From the NCBI GenBank assembly GCA_964016885.1, contig OZ024742.1, forward strand, positions 372,620,001 through 372,684,000: a stretch of 64,000 nucleotides of DNA. Direction: 5' to 3'. This document shows positions 14,501 to 30,782 of the stretch, piece by piece. This DNA is from Eledone cirrhosa. Lineage: Eukaryota. The translations under genes and the position numbers were made by a program. The first letter of the stretch is position 1; the number at the start of each line of letters is the position of its first letter. The notes below the pieces were generated by a model. It searched no databases. It was given only the letters and a program-made list of their open reading frames with translations, and was not told the DNA's origin.

Positions 14501-16414
14501 TAAATCTTATTCTATAAACTGTAAATCTCTTTCTATACAAACTGTAAATATCATTCTATATACACTGTAAATCTCTTTCTATATAAACTGTAAATCTCAT
14601 TCTATATAAACTGTAAATCTCATTCTATAAACTGTAAATCTCTTTCTATATAAACTGTAAATCTCGTTCTATATAAGCTGTAAATCTCATTCTATAAACT
14701 GTAAATCTCTTTCTATATAAACTGTAAATCCCATTCTATATAAACTGTATATATCATTCTATAAACTGTAAATCACATTCTATAAACTGTAAAACTCTTT
14801 CTATATAAACTGTAAATCTCATTCTATATAAACTGTAAATCTCTTTCTATATGAACTGTAAATCTCATTCTATATAAATTGTAAATCTCATTCTATAAAC
14901 TGTGAATCTCATTCTATATAAACTGTACATTTCATTCAATAAACTGTAAATCTCTTTCTGTATAAACTGTAAATCTCATTCTATATAAACTGTAAATCTC
15001 TTTCTATATAAACTGTAAATTTCATTCTATAAACTGTAAATCTCTTTCTATATAAACTGTAAATCTCATTCTATATAAACTGTAAATCTCTTTCTATATA
15101 AACTGTAAATCTCATTCTATATAAACTGTGAATCTCATTCTATAAGCTGTAAATCTCATTCTATAAGCTGTAAATCTCTTTCTATATAAACTGTAAATCT
15201 CATTCTATATACACTGTAAATCTCTTTCTATATAAACTGTAAATCTCATTCTATATAAACTGTAAATCTCATTCTATAAACTGTAAATCTCTTTCCATAT
15301 AAACTGTAAATCTCATTCTATATAAGCTGTAAATCTCATTCTATAAACTGTAAATCTCTTTCTATATAAACTGTAAATCTCATTCTTTATAAACTGTAAA
15401 TCTAATTCTATATGAACTGTAAATCTGATTCTATAAACTGTAAATCTCTTTCTATATAAACTGTAAATCTCACTCTATATAAACTGTAAATCTCTTTCTA
15501 TATTAACTGTAAATCCCATTCTATATAAACTGTATATATCATTCTATAAACTGTAAATCACATTCTATAAACTGTAAATCTCTTTCTATATAAACTGTAA
15601 ATCTCATTCTATATAAACTGTAAATCTCATTCTATATAAACTGTAAATCTCTTTCTATATAAACTGTAAATTTCATTCTATAAACTGTAAATCTCTTTCT
15701 ATATAAACTGTAAATCTCATTCTATATAAACTGTAAATCTCTTTCCATATAAATTGTAAATCTCATTCTATATAAGCTGTAAATCTCATTCTATAAACTG
15801 TACATCTCTTTCTATATAAACTGTAAATCCCATTCTATATAAACTGTATATATCATTCTATAAACTGTAAATCTCATTCTATAAACTGTAAATATCTTTC
15901 TATATGAACTGTAAATCTCATCCTATACAAACTGTAAATCTCATTCTATATTAACTGTAAATCTGATTCTATAAACTGTAAATCTCTTTCTATATAAACT
16001 CTTAATCTCATTCTATATAAACTGTAAATCTCATTCTATATAAACTGTATATATCATTCTATAAACTGTAAATCTCATTCTATAAACTGTAAATCTCTTT
16101 CTATATAAACTGTAAATCTCATTCTATATAAACTGTAAATCTCATTCTATATTAACTGTAAATCTGATTCTATAAACTGTAAATCTCTTTCTATATAAAC
16201 TCTTAATCTCATTCTATATGAACTGTAAATCTCTTTCTATATAAACTGTGAATCTCATTCTATATAAGCTGTAAATCCCATTCTATGAACTGTAAATCTC
16301 TTTCTATATAAACTGTAAATTTTAATCTATATAAACTGTAAATCTCATTCTATAAACTGTAAATCTCTTTCTATATAAACTGTAAATCTCATTCTATATA
16401 AACTGTAAATCTCT

Positions 16415-19400
16415 TTCTATATAAACTGTAAATTTCATTCTATAAACTGTAAATCTCTTTCTATATAAACTGTAAATTTCCTTCTATATAAACTGTATAT
16501 ATCATTCTATAAACTGTAAATAACATTCTATAAACTGTAAATCTCTTTCTATATAAACTGTAAATCTCATTCTATATAAACTGTAAATCTCTTTCTATAT
16601 GAACTGTAAATCTCATTCTATATAAATTGTAAATCTCATTCTATAAACTGTGAATCTCATTCTATATAAACTGTAAATCTCATTCCATAAACTGTAAATC
16701 TCATTCTATGAACTGTAAATCTCTTTCTATATAAACTGTAAATCTCATTCTATATAAACTGTAAATCTCATTCTATAAACTGTAAATCTCTTTCTATATA
16801 AACTGTAAATCTCATTCTATATAAACTCTAAATCTCTTTCTATATAAACTGTAAATCTCATTCTATATAAACTGTGAATCTCATTCTATAAGCTGTAAAT
16901 CTCTTTCTATATAAACTGTAAATCTCATTCTATATACACTGTAAATCTCTTTCTATATAAACTGTAAATCTCATTCTATATAAACTGTAAATCTCATTCT
17001 ATAAACTGTAAATCTCTTTCCATATAAACTGTAAATCTCATTCTATATAAGCTGTAATTCTCATTCTATAAACTGTACATCTCTTTCTATATAAACTGTA
17101 AATCCCATTCTATATAAACTGTATATATCATTCTATAAACTGTAAATCTCATTCTATAAACTGTAAATCTCTTTCTATATAAACTGTAAGTCTCATTCTA
17201 TATAAACTGTAAATCTAATTCTATATTAACTGTAAATCTGATTCTATAAACTGTAAATCTCTTTCTATATAAACTGTAAATCTCACTCTATATAAACTGT
17301 AAATCTCTTTCTATATAAACTGTAAATCTTGTTCTATATAAGCTGTAAATCTCATTCTATATAATCTGTATATATCATTCTATAAACTGTAACTCTCATT
17401 CTATAAACTGTAAATCTCTTTCTATATAAACTGTAAATCTCATTCTATATAAACTGTAAATCTCTTTCTATATAAACTGTAAATCTCATTCTATATAAAC
17501 TGTATATATCATTCTATAAACTGTAAATCTCATTCTATAAACTGTAAATCTCTTTCTATATAAACTGTAAATCTCATTCTATATAAACTGTAAATATCTT
17601 TCTATATGAACTGTAAATCTCATTCTATATAAACTGTGAATCTCATTCTATATAAACTGTAATTCTCATTCTATATTATCTGTAAATCTCATTCTATAAA
17701 CTGTAAATCTCTTTCTATATAAGCTGTAAATCTCATTCTATATAAACTGTAAGTCTCATTCTATAAACTGTAAATCTCATTCTATATAAACTGTAAATCT
17801 CATTCTATAAACTGTAAATCTCATTCTATATAATCTGTAAATCTCATTCTATAAACTGTAAATCTCATTCTATATAAACTGTAAATCTCTTTCTATATAA
17901 ACTGTAAATCTCATTCTATATAAACTGTAAATCGCATTCTATAAACTGTAAATCTCTTTCTATATAAACTGTAAATCTCATTCTATATAAGCTGTAAATC
18001 TCATTCTATAAACTGTAAATCTCTTTCTATATAAACTGTAAATCTCATTCTATATAAACTGTATATATCATTCTATAAACTGTAACTCTCAGTCTATAAA
18101 CTGTAAATCTCGTTCTATATAAACTGTAAATCTCTTTCTATATGAACTATAAATCTCTTTCTATATAAATTCTGAATCTCATTCTATATAAGCTGTAAAT
18201 CTCATTCTATGAACTGTAAATCTCTTTCTATATAAGCTGTAAATCTCATTCTATAAACTGTAAATCTCTTTCTATATAAACTGTAAATCTCATTCTATAT
18301 AAACGGTAAATCTCTTTCTATATAAACTGTAAATTTCATTTTATAAACTGTAAATCTCTTTCTATATAAACTGTAAATCTCATTCTATATAAACTGTAAA
18401 TCTCTTTCTATATAAACTGTAAATCTCATTCTATATAAACTGTGAATCTCATTCTATAAACTGTAAATCTCTTTCTATATAAACTGTAAATATCATTCTA
18501 TATACACTGTAAATCCCTTTCTATATAAACTGTAAATCTCATTCTATATAAACTGTAAATCTCATTCTATAAACTGTAAATCTCTTTCTATATAAACTGT
18601 AAATCTCGTTCTATATAAGCTGTAAATCTCATTCTATAAACTGTAAATCTCTTTCTATATAAACTGTAAATCCCATTCTATATAAACTGTATATATCATT
18701 CTATAAACTGTAAATCACATTCTATAAACTGTAAATCTCATTCTATATAAACTGTAAATCTCTTTCTATATGAACTGTAAATCTCATTCTATATAAATTG
18801 TAAATCTCATTCTATAAACTGTGAATCTCATTCTATATAAACTGTAAATCTCATTCTATAAACTGTAAATCTCATTCTATGAACTGTAAATCTCTTTCTA
18901 TATAAACTGTATATATCATTCTATAAACTGTAAATCTCATTCTATAAACTGTAAATCTCTTTCTATATAAGCTGTAAATCTCATTCTATGAACTGTAAAT
19001 CTCTTTCTATATAAGCTGTAAATCTCATTCTATAAACTGTAAATCTCTTTCTATATAAACTGTAAATCTCATTCTATATAAACTGTAAATCTCTTTCTGT
19101 ATAAACTGTAAATTTCATTTTATAAACTGTAAATCTCTTTCTATATAAACTGTAAATCCCATTCTATATAAACTGTATATATCATTCTATAAACTGTAAA
19201 TCTCATTCTATAAACTGTAAATCTCTTTCTATATAAACTGTAAATCTCATTCTTTATAAACTGTAAATCTAATACTATATTAACTGTAAATCTGATTCTA
19301 TAAACTGTAAATCTCTTTCTATATAAACTGTAAATCTCACTCTATATAAACTGTAAATCTCTTTCTATATAAACTGTAAATCTCGTTCTATATAAGCTGT

Positions 19401-22400
19401 AAATCTCATTCTATAAACTGTAAATCTCTTTCTATATAAACTGTAAATCCCATTCTATATAAACTGTATATATCATTCTATAAACTGTAAATCACATTCT
19501 ATAAACTGTAAATCTCTTTCTATATAAACTGTAAATCTCATTCTATATAAACTGTAAATCTCTTTCTTTATGAACTGTAAATCTCATTCTATATAAATTG
19601 TAAATCTCATTCTATAAACTGTGAATCTCATTCTATATAAACTGTAAATCTCATTCTATAAACTGTAAATCTCATTCTATGAACTGTAAATCTCTTTCTA
19701 TATAAACTGTAAATCTCATTCTATATAAACTGTAAATCTCATTCTATAAACTGTAAATCTCTTTCTGTATAAACTGTAAATCTCATTCTATATAAACTGT
19801 AAATCTCTTTCTATATAAACTGTAAATTTCATTCTATAAACTGTAAATCTCTTTCTATATAAACTGTAAATCTCATTCTATATAAACTGTAAATCTCTTT
19901 CCATATAAACTGTAAATCTCATTCTATATAAGCTGTAAATCTCATTCTATAAACTGTACATCTCTTTCTATATAAACTGTAAATCCCATTCTATATAAAC
20001 TGTATATATCATTCTATAAACTGTACATCTCATTCTATAAACTGTAAATCTCTTTCTATATGAACTGTAAATCTCATCCTATATAAACTGTAAATCTCAT
20101 TCTATATTAACTGTAAATCTGATTCTATAAACTGTAAATCTCTTTCTATATAAACTCTTAATCTCATTCTATATAAACTGTAAATCTTATTCTATATAAA
20201 CTGTATATATCATTCTATAAACTGTAAATCTCATTCTATAAACTGTAAATCTCTTTCTATATAAACTGTAAATCTCATTCTATATAAACTGTAAATCTCA
20301 TTCTATATTAACTGTAAATCTGATTCTATAAACTGTAAATCTCTTTCTATATAAACTCTTAATCTCATTCTATATGAACTGTAAGTCTCTTTCTATATAA
20401 ACTGTGAATCTCATTCTATATATATGCTGTAAATCCCATTCTATGAACTGTAAATCTCTTTCTATATAAACTGTAAATCTTATTCTATATAAACTGTAAA
20501 TCTCATTCTATAAACTGTAAATCTCTTTCTATATAAACTGTAAATCTCATTCTATATAAACTGTAAATCTCTTTCTATATAAACTGTAAATTTCATTTTA
20601 TAAACTGTAAATCTCTTTCCATATAAACTGGAAATCTCATTCTATATAAACTGTAAGTCTCATTCTATATAAACTGTGAATCTCATTCTATATACACTGT
20701 AAATCTCTTTCTATATAAACTGTAAATCTTATTCTATATAAGCTGTAAATCTCATTCTATAAACTGTAAATCTCTTTCTATATAAACTGTAAATCTCGTT
20801 CTATATAAGCTGTAAATCTCATTCTATAAACTGTAAATCTCTTTCTACATAAACTGTAAATCTCGTTCTATATAAGCTGTAAATCTCATTCTATAAACTG
20901 TAAATCTCATTCTATAAACTGTAAATCTCTTTCTATATAAACTGTAAATCTCATTCTATATAAACTGTAAATCTCTTTCTATATGAACTGTAAATCTCAT
21001 TCTATATAAATTGTAAATCTCATTCTATAAACTGTGAATCTCATTCTATATAAACTGTAAATCTCATTCTATATAAACTGTAAATCTCATTCTACATTAA
21101 CTGTAAATCCCATTCTATAAACTGTAAATCTCTTTCTATATAAGCTGTAAATCTCATTCTATATAAACTGTAAATCCCATTCTATAAACTGTAAATCTCT
21201 TTCTATATAAGCTGTAAATCTCATTCTATATAAACTGTAAATTTCATTCTATAAACTGTAAATCTCTTTCTATATAAACTGTAAATTTCCTTCTATATAA
21301 ACTGTATATATCATTCTATAAACTGTAAATAACATTCTATAAACTGTAAATCTCTTTCTATATAAACTGTAAATCTCATTCTATATAAACTGTAAATCTC
21401 TTTCTATATGAACTGTAAATCTCATTCTATATAAATTGTAAATCTCATTCTATAAACTGTGAATCTCATTCTATATAAACTGTAAATCTCATTCCATAAA
21501 CTGTAAATCTCATTCTATGAACTGTAAATCTCTTTCTATATAAACTGTAAATCTCATTCTATATAAACTGTAAATCTCATTCTATAAACTGTAAATCTCT
21601 TTCTATATAAACTGTAAATCTCATTCTATATAAACTCTAAATCTCTTTCTATATAAACTGTAAATCTCGTTCTATATAAACTGTGAATCTCATTCTATAA
21701 GCTGTAAATCTCTTTCTATATAAACTGTAAATCTCATTCTATATACACTGTAAATCTCTTTCTATATAAACTGTAAATCTCATTCTATATAAACTGTAAA
21801 TCTCATTCTATAAACTGTAAATCTCTTTCCATATAAACTGTAAATCTCATTCTATATAAGCTGTAATTCTCATTCTATAAACTGTACATCTCTTTCTATA
21901 TAAACTGTAAATCCCATTCTATATAAACTGTATATATCATTCTATAAACTGTAAATCTCATTCTATAAACTGTAAATCTCTTTCTATATAAACTGTAAGT
22001 CTCATTCTATATAAACTGTAAATCTAATTCTATATTAACTGTAAATCTGATTCTATAAACTGTAAATCTCTTTCTATATAAACTGTAAATCTCACTCTAT
22101 ATAAACTGTAAATCTCTTTCTATATAAACTGTAAATCTTGTTCTATATAAGCTGTAAATCTCATTCTATATAATCTGTATATATCATTCTATAAACTGTA
22201 ACTATCATTCTATAAACTGTAAATCTCTTTCTATATAAACTGTAAATCTCATTCTATATAAACTGTAAATCTCTTTCTATATAAACTATAAATCTCATTC
22301 TATATAAGCTGTATATATCATTCTATAAACTGTAAATCTCATTCTATAAACTGTAAATCTCTTTCTATATAAACTGTAAATCTCATTCTATATAAACTGT

Positions 22401-25400
22401 AAATATCTTTCTATATGAACTGTAAATCTCATTCTATATAAACTGTGAATCTCATTCTATATAAACTGTAATTCTCATTCTATATTATCTGTAAATCTCA
22501 TTCTATAAACTGTAAATCTCTTTCTATATAAGCTGTAAATCTCATTCTATATAAACTGTAAGTCTCATTCTATAAACTGTAAATCTCATTCTATATAAAC
22601 TGTAAATCTCATTCTATAAACTGTAAATCTCATTCTATATAATCTGTAAATCTCATTCTATAAACTGTAAATCTCATTCTATATAAACTGTAAATCTCTT
22701 TCTATATAAACTGTAAATCTCATTCTATATAAACTGTAAATCGCATTCTATAAACTGTAAATCTCTTTCTATATAAACTGTAAATCTCATTCTATATAAG
22801 CTGTAAATCTCATTCTATAAACTGTAAATCTCTTTCTATATAAACTGTAAATCTCATTCTATATAAACTGTATATATCATTCTATAAACTGTAACTCTCA
22901 GTCTATAAACTGTAAATCTCGTTCTATATAAACTGTAAATCTCTTTCTATATGAACTATAAATCTCTTTCTATATAAATTCTGAATCTCATTCTATATAA
23001 GCTGTAAATCTCATTCTATGAACTGTAAATCTCTTTCTATATAAGCTGTAAATCTCATTCTATAAACTGTAAATCTCTTTCTATATAAACTGTAAATCTC
23101 ATTCTATATAAACGGTAAATCTCTTTCTATATAAACTGTAAATTTCATTTTATAAACTGTAAATCTCTTTCTATATAAACTGTAAATCTCATTCTATATA
23201 AACTGTAAATCTCTTTCTATATAAACTGTAAATCTCATTCTATATAAACTGTGAATCTCATTCTATAAACTGTAAATCTCTTTCTATATAAACTGTAAAT
23301 ATCATTCTATATACACTGTAAATCCCTTTCTATATAAACTGTAAATCTCATTCTATATAAACTGTAAATCTCATTCTATAAACTGTAAATCTCTTTCTAT
23401 ATAAACTGTAAATCTCGTTCTATATAAGCTGTAAATCTCATTCTATAAACTGTAAATCTCTTTCTATATAAACTGTAAATCCCATTCTATATAAACTGTA
23501 TATATCATTCTATAAACTGTAAATCACATTCTATAAACTGTAAATCTCATTCTATATAAACTGTAAATCTCTTTCTATATGAACTGTAAATCTCATTCTA
23601 TATAAATTGTAAATCTCATTCTATAAACTGTGAATCTCATTCTATATAAACTGTAAATCTCATTCTATAAACTGTAAATCTCATTCTATGAACTGTAAAT
23701 CTCTTTCTATATAAACTGTATATATCATTCTATAAACTGTAAATCTCATTCTATAAACTGTAAATCTCTTTCTATATAAGCTGTAAATCTCATTCTATGA
23801 ACTGTAAATCTCTTTCTATATAAGCTGTAAATCTCATTCTATAAACTGTAAATCTCTTTCTATATAAACTGTAAATCTCATTCTATATAAACTGTAAATC
23901 TCTTTCTGTATAAACTGTAAATTTCATTTTATAAACTGTAAATCTCTTTCTATATAAACTGTAAATCCCATTCTATATAAACTGTATATATCATTCTATA
24001 AACTGTAAATCTCATTCTATAAACTGTAAATCTCTTTCTATATAAACTGTAAATCTCATTCTTTATAAACTGTAAATCTAATACTATATTAACTGTAAAT
24101 CTGATTCTATAAACTGTAAATCTCTTTCTATATAAACTGTAAATCTCACTCTATATAAACTGTAAATCTCTTTCTATATAAACTGTAAATCTCGTTCTAT
24201 ATAAGCTGTAAATCTCATTCTATAAACTGTAAATCTCTTTCTATATAAACTGTAAATCCCATTCTATATAAACTGTATATATCATTCTATAAACTGTAAA
24301 TCACATTCTATAAACTGTAAATCTCTTTCTATATAAACTGTAAATCTCATTCTATATAAACTGTAAATCTCTTTCTTTATGAACTGTAAATCTCATTCTA
24401 TATAAATTGTAAATCTCATTCTATAAACTGTGAATCTCATTCTATATAAACTGTAAATCTCATTCTATAAACTGTAAATCTCATTCTATGAACTGTAAAT
24501 CTCTTTCTATATAAACTGTAAATCTCATTCTATATAAACTGTAAATCTCATTCTATAAACTGTAAATCTCTTTCTGTATAAACTGTAAATCTCATTCTAT
24601 ATAAACTGTAAATCTCTTTCTATATAAACTGTAAATTTCATTCTATAAACTGTAAATCTCTTTCTATATAAACTGTAAATCTCATTCTATATAAACTGTA
24701 AATCTCTTTCCATATAAACTGTAAATCTCATTCTATATAAGCTGTAAATCTCATTCTATAAACTGTACATCTCTTTCTATATAAACTGTAAATCCCATTC
24801 TATATAAACTGTATATATCATTCTATAAACTGTACATCTCATTCTATAAACTGTAAATCTCTTTCTATATGAACTGTAAATCTCATCCTATATAAACTGT
24901 AAATCTCATTCTATATTAACTGTAAATCTGATTCTATAAACTGTAAATCTCTTTCTATATAAACTCTTAATCTCATTCTATATAAACTGTAAATCTTATT
25001 CTATATAAACTGTATATATCATTCTATAAACTGTAAATCTCATTCTATAAACTGTAAATCTCTTTCTATATAAACTGTAAATCTCATTCTATATAAACTG
25101 TAAATCTCATTCTATATTAACTGTAAATCTGATTCTATAAACTGTAAATCTCTTTCTATATAAACTCTTAATCTCATTCTATATGAACTGTAAGTCTCTT
25201 TCTATATAAACTGTGAATCTCATTCTATATATATATGCTGTAAATCCCATTCTATGAACTGTAAATCTCTTTCTATATAAACTGTAAATCTTATTCTATA
25301 TAAACTGTAAATCTCATTCTATAAACTGTAAATCTCTTTCTATATAAACTGTAAATCTCATTCTATATAAACTGTAAATCTCTTTCTATATAAACTGTAA

Positions 25401-28400
25401 ATTTCATTTTATAAACTGTAAATCTCTTTCCATATAAACTGGAAATCTCATTCTATATAAACTGTAAGTCTCATTCTATATAAACTGTGAATCTCATTCT
25501 ATATACACTGTAAATCTCTTTCTATATAAACTGTAAATCTTATTCTATATAAGCTGTAAATCTCATTCTATAAACTGTAAATCTCTTTCTATATAAACTG
25601 TAAATCTCGTTCTATATAAGCTGTAAATCTCATTCTATAAACTGTAAATCTCTTTCTACATAAACTGTAAATCTCGTTCTATATAAGCTGTAAATCTCAT
25701 TCTATAAACTGTAAATCTCATTCTATAAACTGTAAATCTCTTTCTATATAAACTGTAAATCTCATTCTATATAAACTGTAAATCTCTTTCTATATGAACT
25801 GTAAATCTCATTCTATATAAATTGTAAATCTCATTCTATAAACTGTGAATCTCATTCTATATAAACTGTAAATCTCATTCTATATAAACTGTAAATCTCA
25901 TTCTACATTAACTGTAAATCCCATTCTATAAACTGTAAATCTCTTTCTATATAAGCTGTAAATCTCATTCTATATAAACTGTAAATCCCATTCTATAAAC
26001 TGTAAATCTCTTTCTATATAAGCTGTAAATCTCATTCTATATAAACTGTAAATTTCATTCTATAAACTGTAAATCTCTTTCTATATAAACTGTAAATTTC
26101 CTTCTATATAAACTGTATATATCATTCTATAAACTGTAAATAACATTCTATAAACTGTAAATCTCTTTCTATATAAACTGTAAATCTCATTCTATATAAA
26201 CTGTAAATCTCTTTCTATATGAACTGTAAATCTCATTCTATATAAATTGTAAATCTCATTCTATAAACTGTGAATCTCATTCTATATAAACTGTAAATCT
26301 CATTCCATAAACTGTAAATCTCATTCTATGAACTGTAAATCTCTTTCTATATAAACTGTAAATCTCATTCTATATAAACTGTAAATCTCATTCTATAAAC
26401 TGTAAATCTCTTTCTATATAAACTGTAAATCTCATTCTATATAAACTCTAAATCTCTTTCTATATAAACTGTAAATCTCGTTCTATATAAACTGTGAATC
26501 TCATTCTATAAGCTGTAAATCTCTTTCTATATAAACTGTAAATCTCATTCTATATACACTGTAAATCTCTTTCTATATAAACTGTAAATCTCATTCTATA
26601 TAAACTGTAAATCTCATTCTATAAACTGTAAATCTCTTTCCATATAAACTGTAAATCTCATTCTATATAAGCTGTAATTCTCATTCTATAAACTGTACAT
26701 CTCTTTCTATATAAACTGTAAATCCCATTCTATATAAACTGTATATATCATTCTATAAACTGTAAATCTCATTCTATAAACTGTAAATCTCTTTCTATAT
26801 AAACTGTAAGTCTCATTCTATATAAACTGTAAATCTAATTCTATATTAACTGTAAATCTGATTCTATAAACTGTAAATCTCTTTCTATATAAACTGTAAA
26901 TCTCACTCTATATAAACTGTAAATCTCTTTCTATATAAACTGTAAATCTTGTTCTATATAAGCTGTAAATCTCATTCTATATAATCTGTATATATCATTC
27001 TATAAACTGTAACTATCATTCTATAAACTGTAAATCTCTTTCTATATAAACTGTAAATCTCATTCTATATAAACTGTAAATCTCTTTCTATATAAACTAT
27101 AAATCTCATTCTATATAAGCTGTATATATCATTCTATAAACTGTAAATCTCATTCTATAAACTGTAAATCTCTTTCTATATAAACTGTAAATCTCATTCT
27201 ATATAAACTGTAAATATCTTTCTATATGAACTGTAAATCTCATTCTATATAAACTGTGAATCTCATTCTATATAAACTGTAATTCTCATTCTATATTATC
27301 TGTAAATCTCATTCTATAAACTGTAAATCTCTTTCTATATAAGCTGTAAATCTCATTCTATATAAACTGTAAGTCTCATTCTATAAACTGTAAATCTCAT
27401 TCTATATAAACTGTAAATCTCATTCTATAAACTGTAAATCTCATTCTATATAATCTGTAAATCTCATTCTATAAACTGTAAATCTCATTCTATATAAACT
27501 GTAAATCTCTTTCTATATAAACTGTAAATCTCATTCTATATAAACTGTAAATCGCATTCTATAAACTGTAAATCTCTTTCTATATAAACTGTAAATCTCA
27601 TTCTATATAAGCTGTAAATCTCATTCTATAAACTGTAAATCTCTTTCTATATAAACTGTAAATCTCATTCTATATAAACTGTATATATCATTCTATAAAC
27701 TGTAACTCTCAGTCTATAAACTGTAAATCTCGTTCTATATAAACTGTAAATCTCTTTCTATATGAACTATAAATCTCTTTCTATATAAATTCTGAATCTC
27801 ATTCTATATAAGCTGTAAATCTCATTCTATGAACTGTAAATCTCTTTCTATATAAGCTGTAAATCTCATTCTATAAACTGTAAATCTCTTTCTATATAAA
27901 CTGTAAATCTCATTCTATATAAACGGTAAATCTCTTTCTATATAAACTGTAAATTTCATTTTATAAACTGTAAATCTCTTTCTATATAAACTGTAAATCT
28001 CATTCTATATAAACTGTAAATCTCTTTCTATATAAACTGTAAATCTCATTCTATATAAACTGTGAATCTCATTCTATAAACTGTAAATCTCTTTCTATAT
28101 AAACTGTAAATATCATTCTATATACACTGTAAATCCCTTTCTATATAAACTGTAAATCTCATTCTATATAAACTGTAAATCTCATTCTATAAACTGTAAA
28201 TCTCTTTCTATATAAACTGTAAATCTCGTTCTATATAAGCTGTAAATCTCATTCTATAAACTGTAAATCTCTTTCTATATAAACTGTAAATCCCATTCTA
28301 TATAAACTGTATATATCATTCTATAAACTGTAAATCACATTCTATAAACTGTAAATCTCATTCTATATAAACTGTAAATCTCTTTCTATATGAACTGTAA

Positions 28401-30782
28401 ATCTCATTCTATATAAATTGTAAATCTCATTCTATAAACTGTGAATCTCATTCTATATAAACTGTAAATCTCATTCTATAAACTGTAAATCTCATTCTAT
28501 GAACTGTAAATCTCTTTCTATATAAACTGTATATATCATTCTATAAACTGTAAATCTCATTCTATAAACTGTAAATCTCTTTCTATATAAGCTGTAAATC
28601 TCATTCTATGAACTGTAAATCTCTTTCTATATAAGCTGTAAATCTCATTCTATAAACTGTAAATCTCTTTCTATATAAACTGTAAATCTCATTCTATATA
28701 AACTGTAAATCTCTTTCTGTATAAACTGTAAATTTCATTTTATAAACTGTAAATCTCTTTCTATATAAACTGTAAATCCCATTCTATATAAACTGTATAT
28801 ATCATTCTATAAACTGTAAATCTCATTCTATAAACTGTAAATCTCTTTCTATATAAACTGTAAATCTCATTCTTTATAAACTGTAAATCTAATACTATAT
28901 TAACTGTAAATCTGATTCTATAAACTGTAAATCTCTTTCTATATAAACTGTAAATCTCACTCTATATAAACTGTAAATCTCTTTCTATATAAACTGTAAA
29001 TCTCGTTCTATATAAGCTGTAAATATCATTCTATAAACTGTAAATCTCTTTCTATATAAACTGTAAATCCCATTCTATATAAACTGTATATATCATTCTA
29101 TAAACTGTAAATCACATTCTATAAACTGTAAATCTCTTTCTATATAAACTGTAAATCTCATTCTATATAAACTGTAAATCTCTTTCTTTATGAACTGTAA
29201 ATCTCATTCTATATAAATTGTAAATCTCATTCTATAAACTGTGAATCTCATTTTATATAAACTGTAAATCTCATTCTATAAACTGTAAATCTCATTCTAT
29301 GAACTGTAAATCTCTTTCTATATAAACTGTAAATCTCATTCTATATAAACTGTAAATCTCATTCTATAAACTGTAAATCTCTTTCTGTATAAACTGTAAA
29401 TCTCATTATATATAAACTGTAAATCTCTTTCTATATAAACTGTAAATTTCATTCTATAAACTGTAAATCTCTTTCTATATAAACTGTAAATCTCATTCTA
29501 TATAAACTGTAAATCTCTTTCCATATAAACTGTAAATCTCATTCTATATAAGCTGTAAATCTCATTCTATAAACTGTACATCTCTTTCTATATAAACTGT
29601 AAATCCCATTCTATATAAACTGTATATATCATTCTATAAACTGTACATCTCATTCTATAAACTGTAAATCTCTTTCTATATGAACTGTAAATCTCATCCT
29701 ATATAAACTGTAAATCTCATTCTATATTAACTGTAAATCTGATTCTATAAACTGTAAATCTCTTTCTATATAAACTCTTAATCTCATTCTATATAAACTG
29801 TAAATCTTATTCTATATAAACTGTATATATCATTCTATAAACTGTAAATCTCATTCTATAAACTGTAAATCTCTTTCTATATAAACTGTAAATCTCATTC
29901 TATATAAACTGTAAATCTCATTCTATATTAACTGTAAATCTGATTCTATAAACTGTAAATCTCTTTCTATATAAACTCTTAATCTCATTCTATATGAACT
30001 GTAAGTCTCTTTCTATATAAACTGTGAATCTCATTCTATATATATGCTGTAAATCCCATTCTATGAACTGTAAATCTCTTTCTATATAAACTGTAAATCT
30101 TATGCTATATAAACTGTAAATCTCATTCTATAAACTGTAAATCTCTTTCTATATAAACTGTAAATCTCATTCTATATAAACTGTAAATCTCTTTCTATAT
30201 AAACTGTAAATTTCATTTTATAAACTGTAAATCTCTTTCCATATAAACTGGAAATCTCATTCTATATAAACTGTAAGTCTCATTCTATATAAACTGTGAA
30301 TCTCATTCTATATACACTGTAAATCTCTTTCTATATAAACTGTAAATCTTATTCTATATAAACTGTAAATCTCATTCTATAAACTGTAAATCTCTTTCTA
30401 TATAAACTGTAAATCTCGTTCTATATAAGCTGTAAACCTCATTCTATAAACTGTAAATCTCTTTCTACATAAACTGTAAATCTCGTTCTATATAAGCTGT
30501 AAATCTCATTCTATAAACTGTAAATCTCATTCTATAAACTGTAAATCTCTTTCTATATAAACTGTAAATCTCATTCTATATAAACTGTAAATCTCTTTCT
30601 ATATGAACTGTAAATCTCATTCTATATAAATTGTAAATCTCATTCTATAAACTGTGAATCTCATTCTATATAAACTGTAAATCTCATTCTATATAAACTG
30701 TAAATCTCATTCTACATTAACTGTAAATCCCATTCTATAAACTGTAAATCTCTTTCTATATAAGCTGTAAATCTCATTCTAT
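16415..30782. repeat. Higher-order repeat, period 4,809-4,811 bp, three tandem copies
   Basis: Markers: AATTTCCTTC (CTTC at 16481/21290/26101); AACGGT 18304/23113/27924; AATACTATAT near 19271/24080/28891; ATCGCATTC, ATCCCTTTC and CTGGAAATC each once per copy. The 2-bp difference is explained by an extra TA near 25231. Confidence 0.93.
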
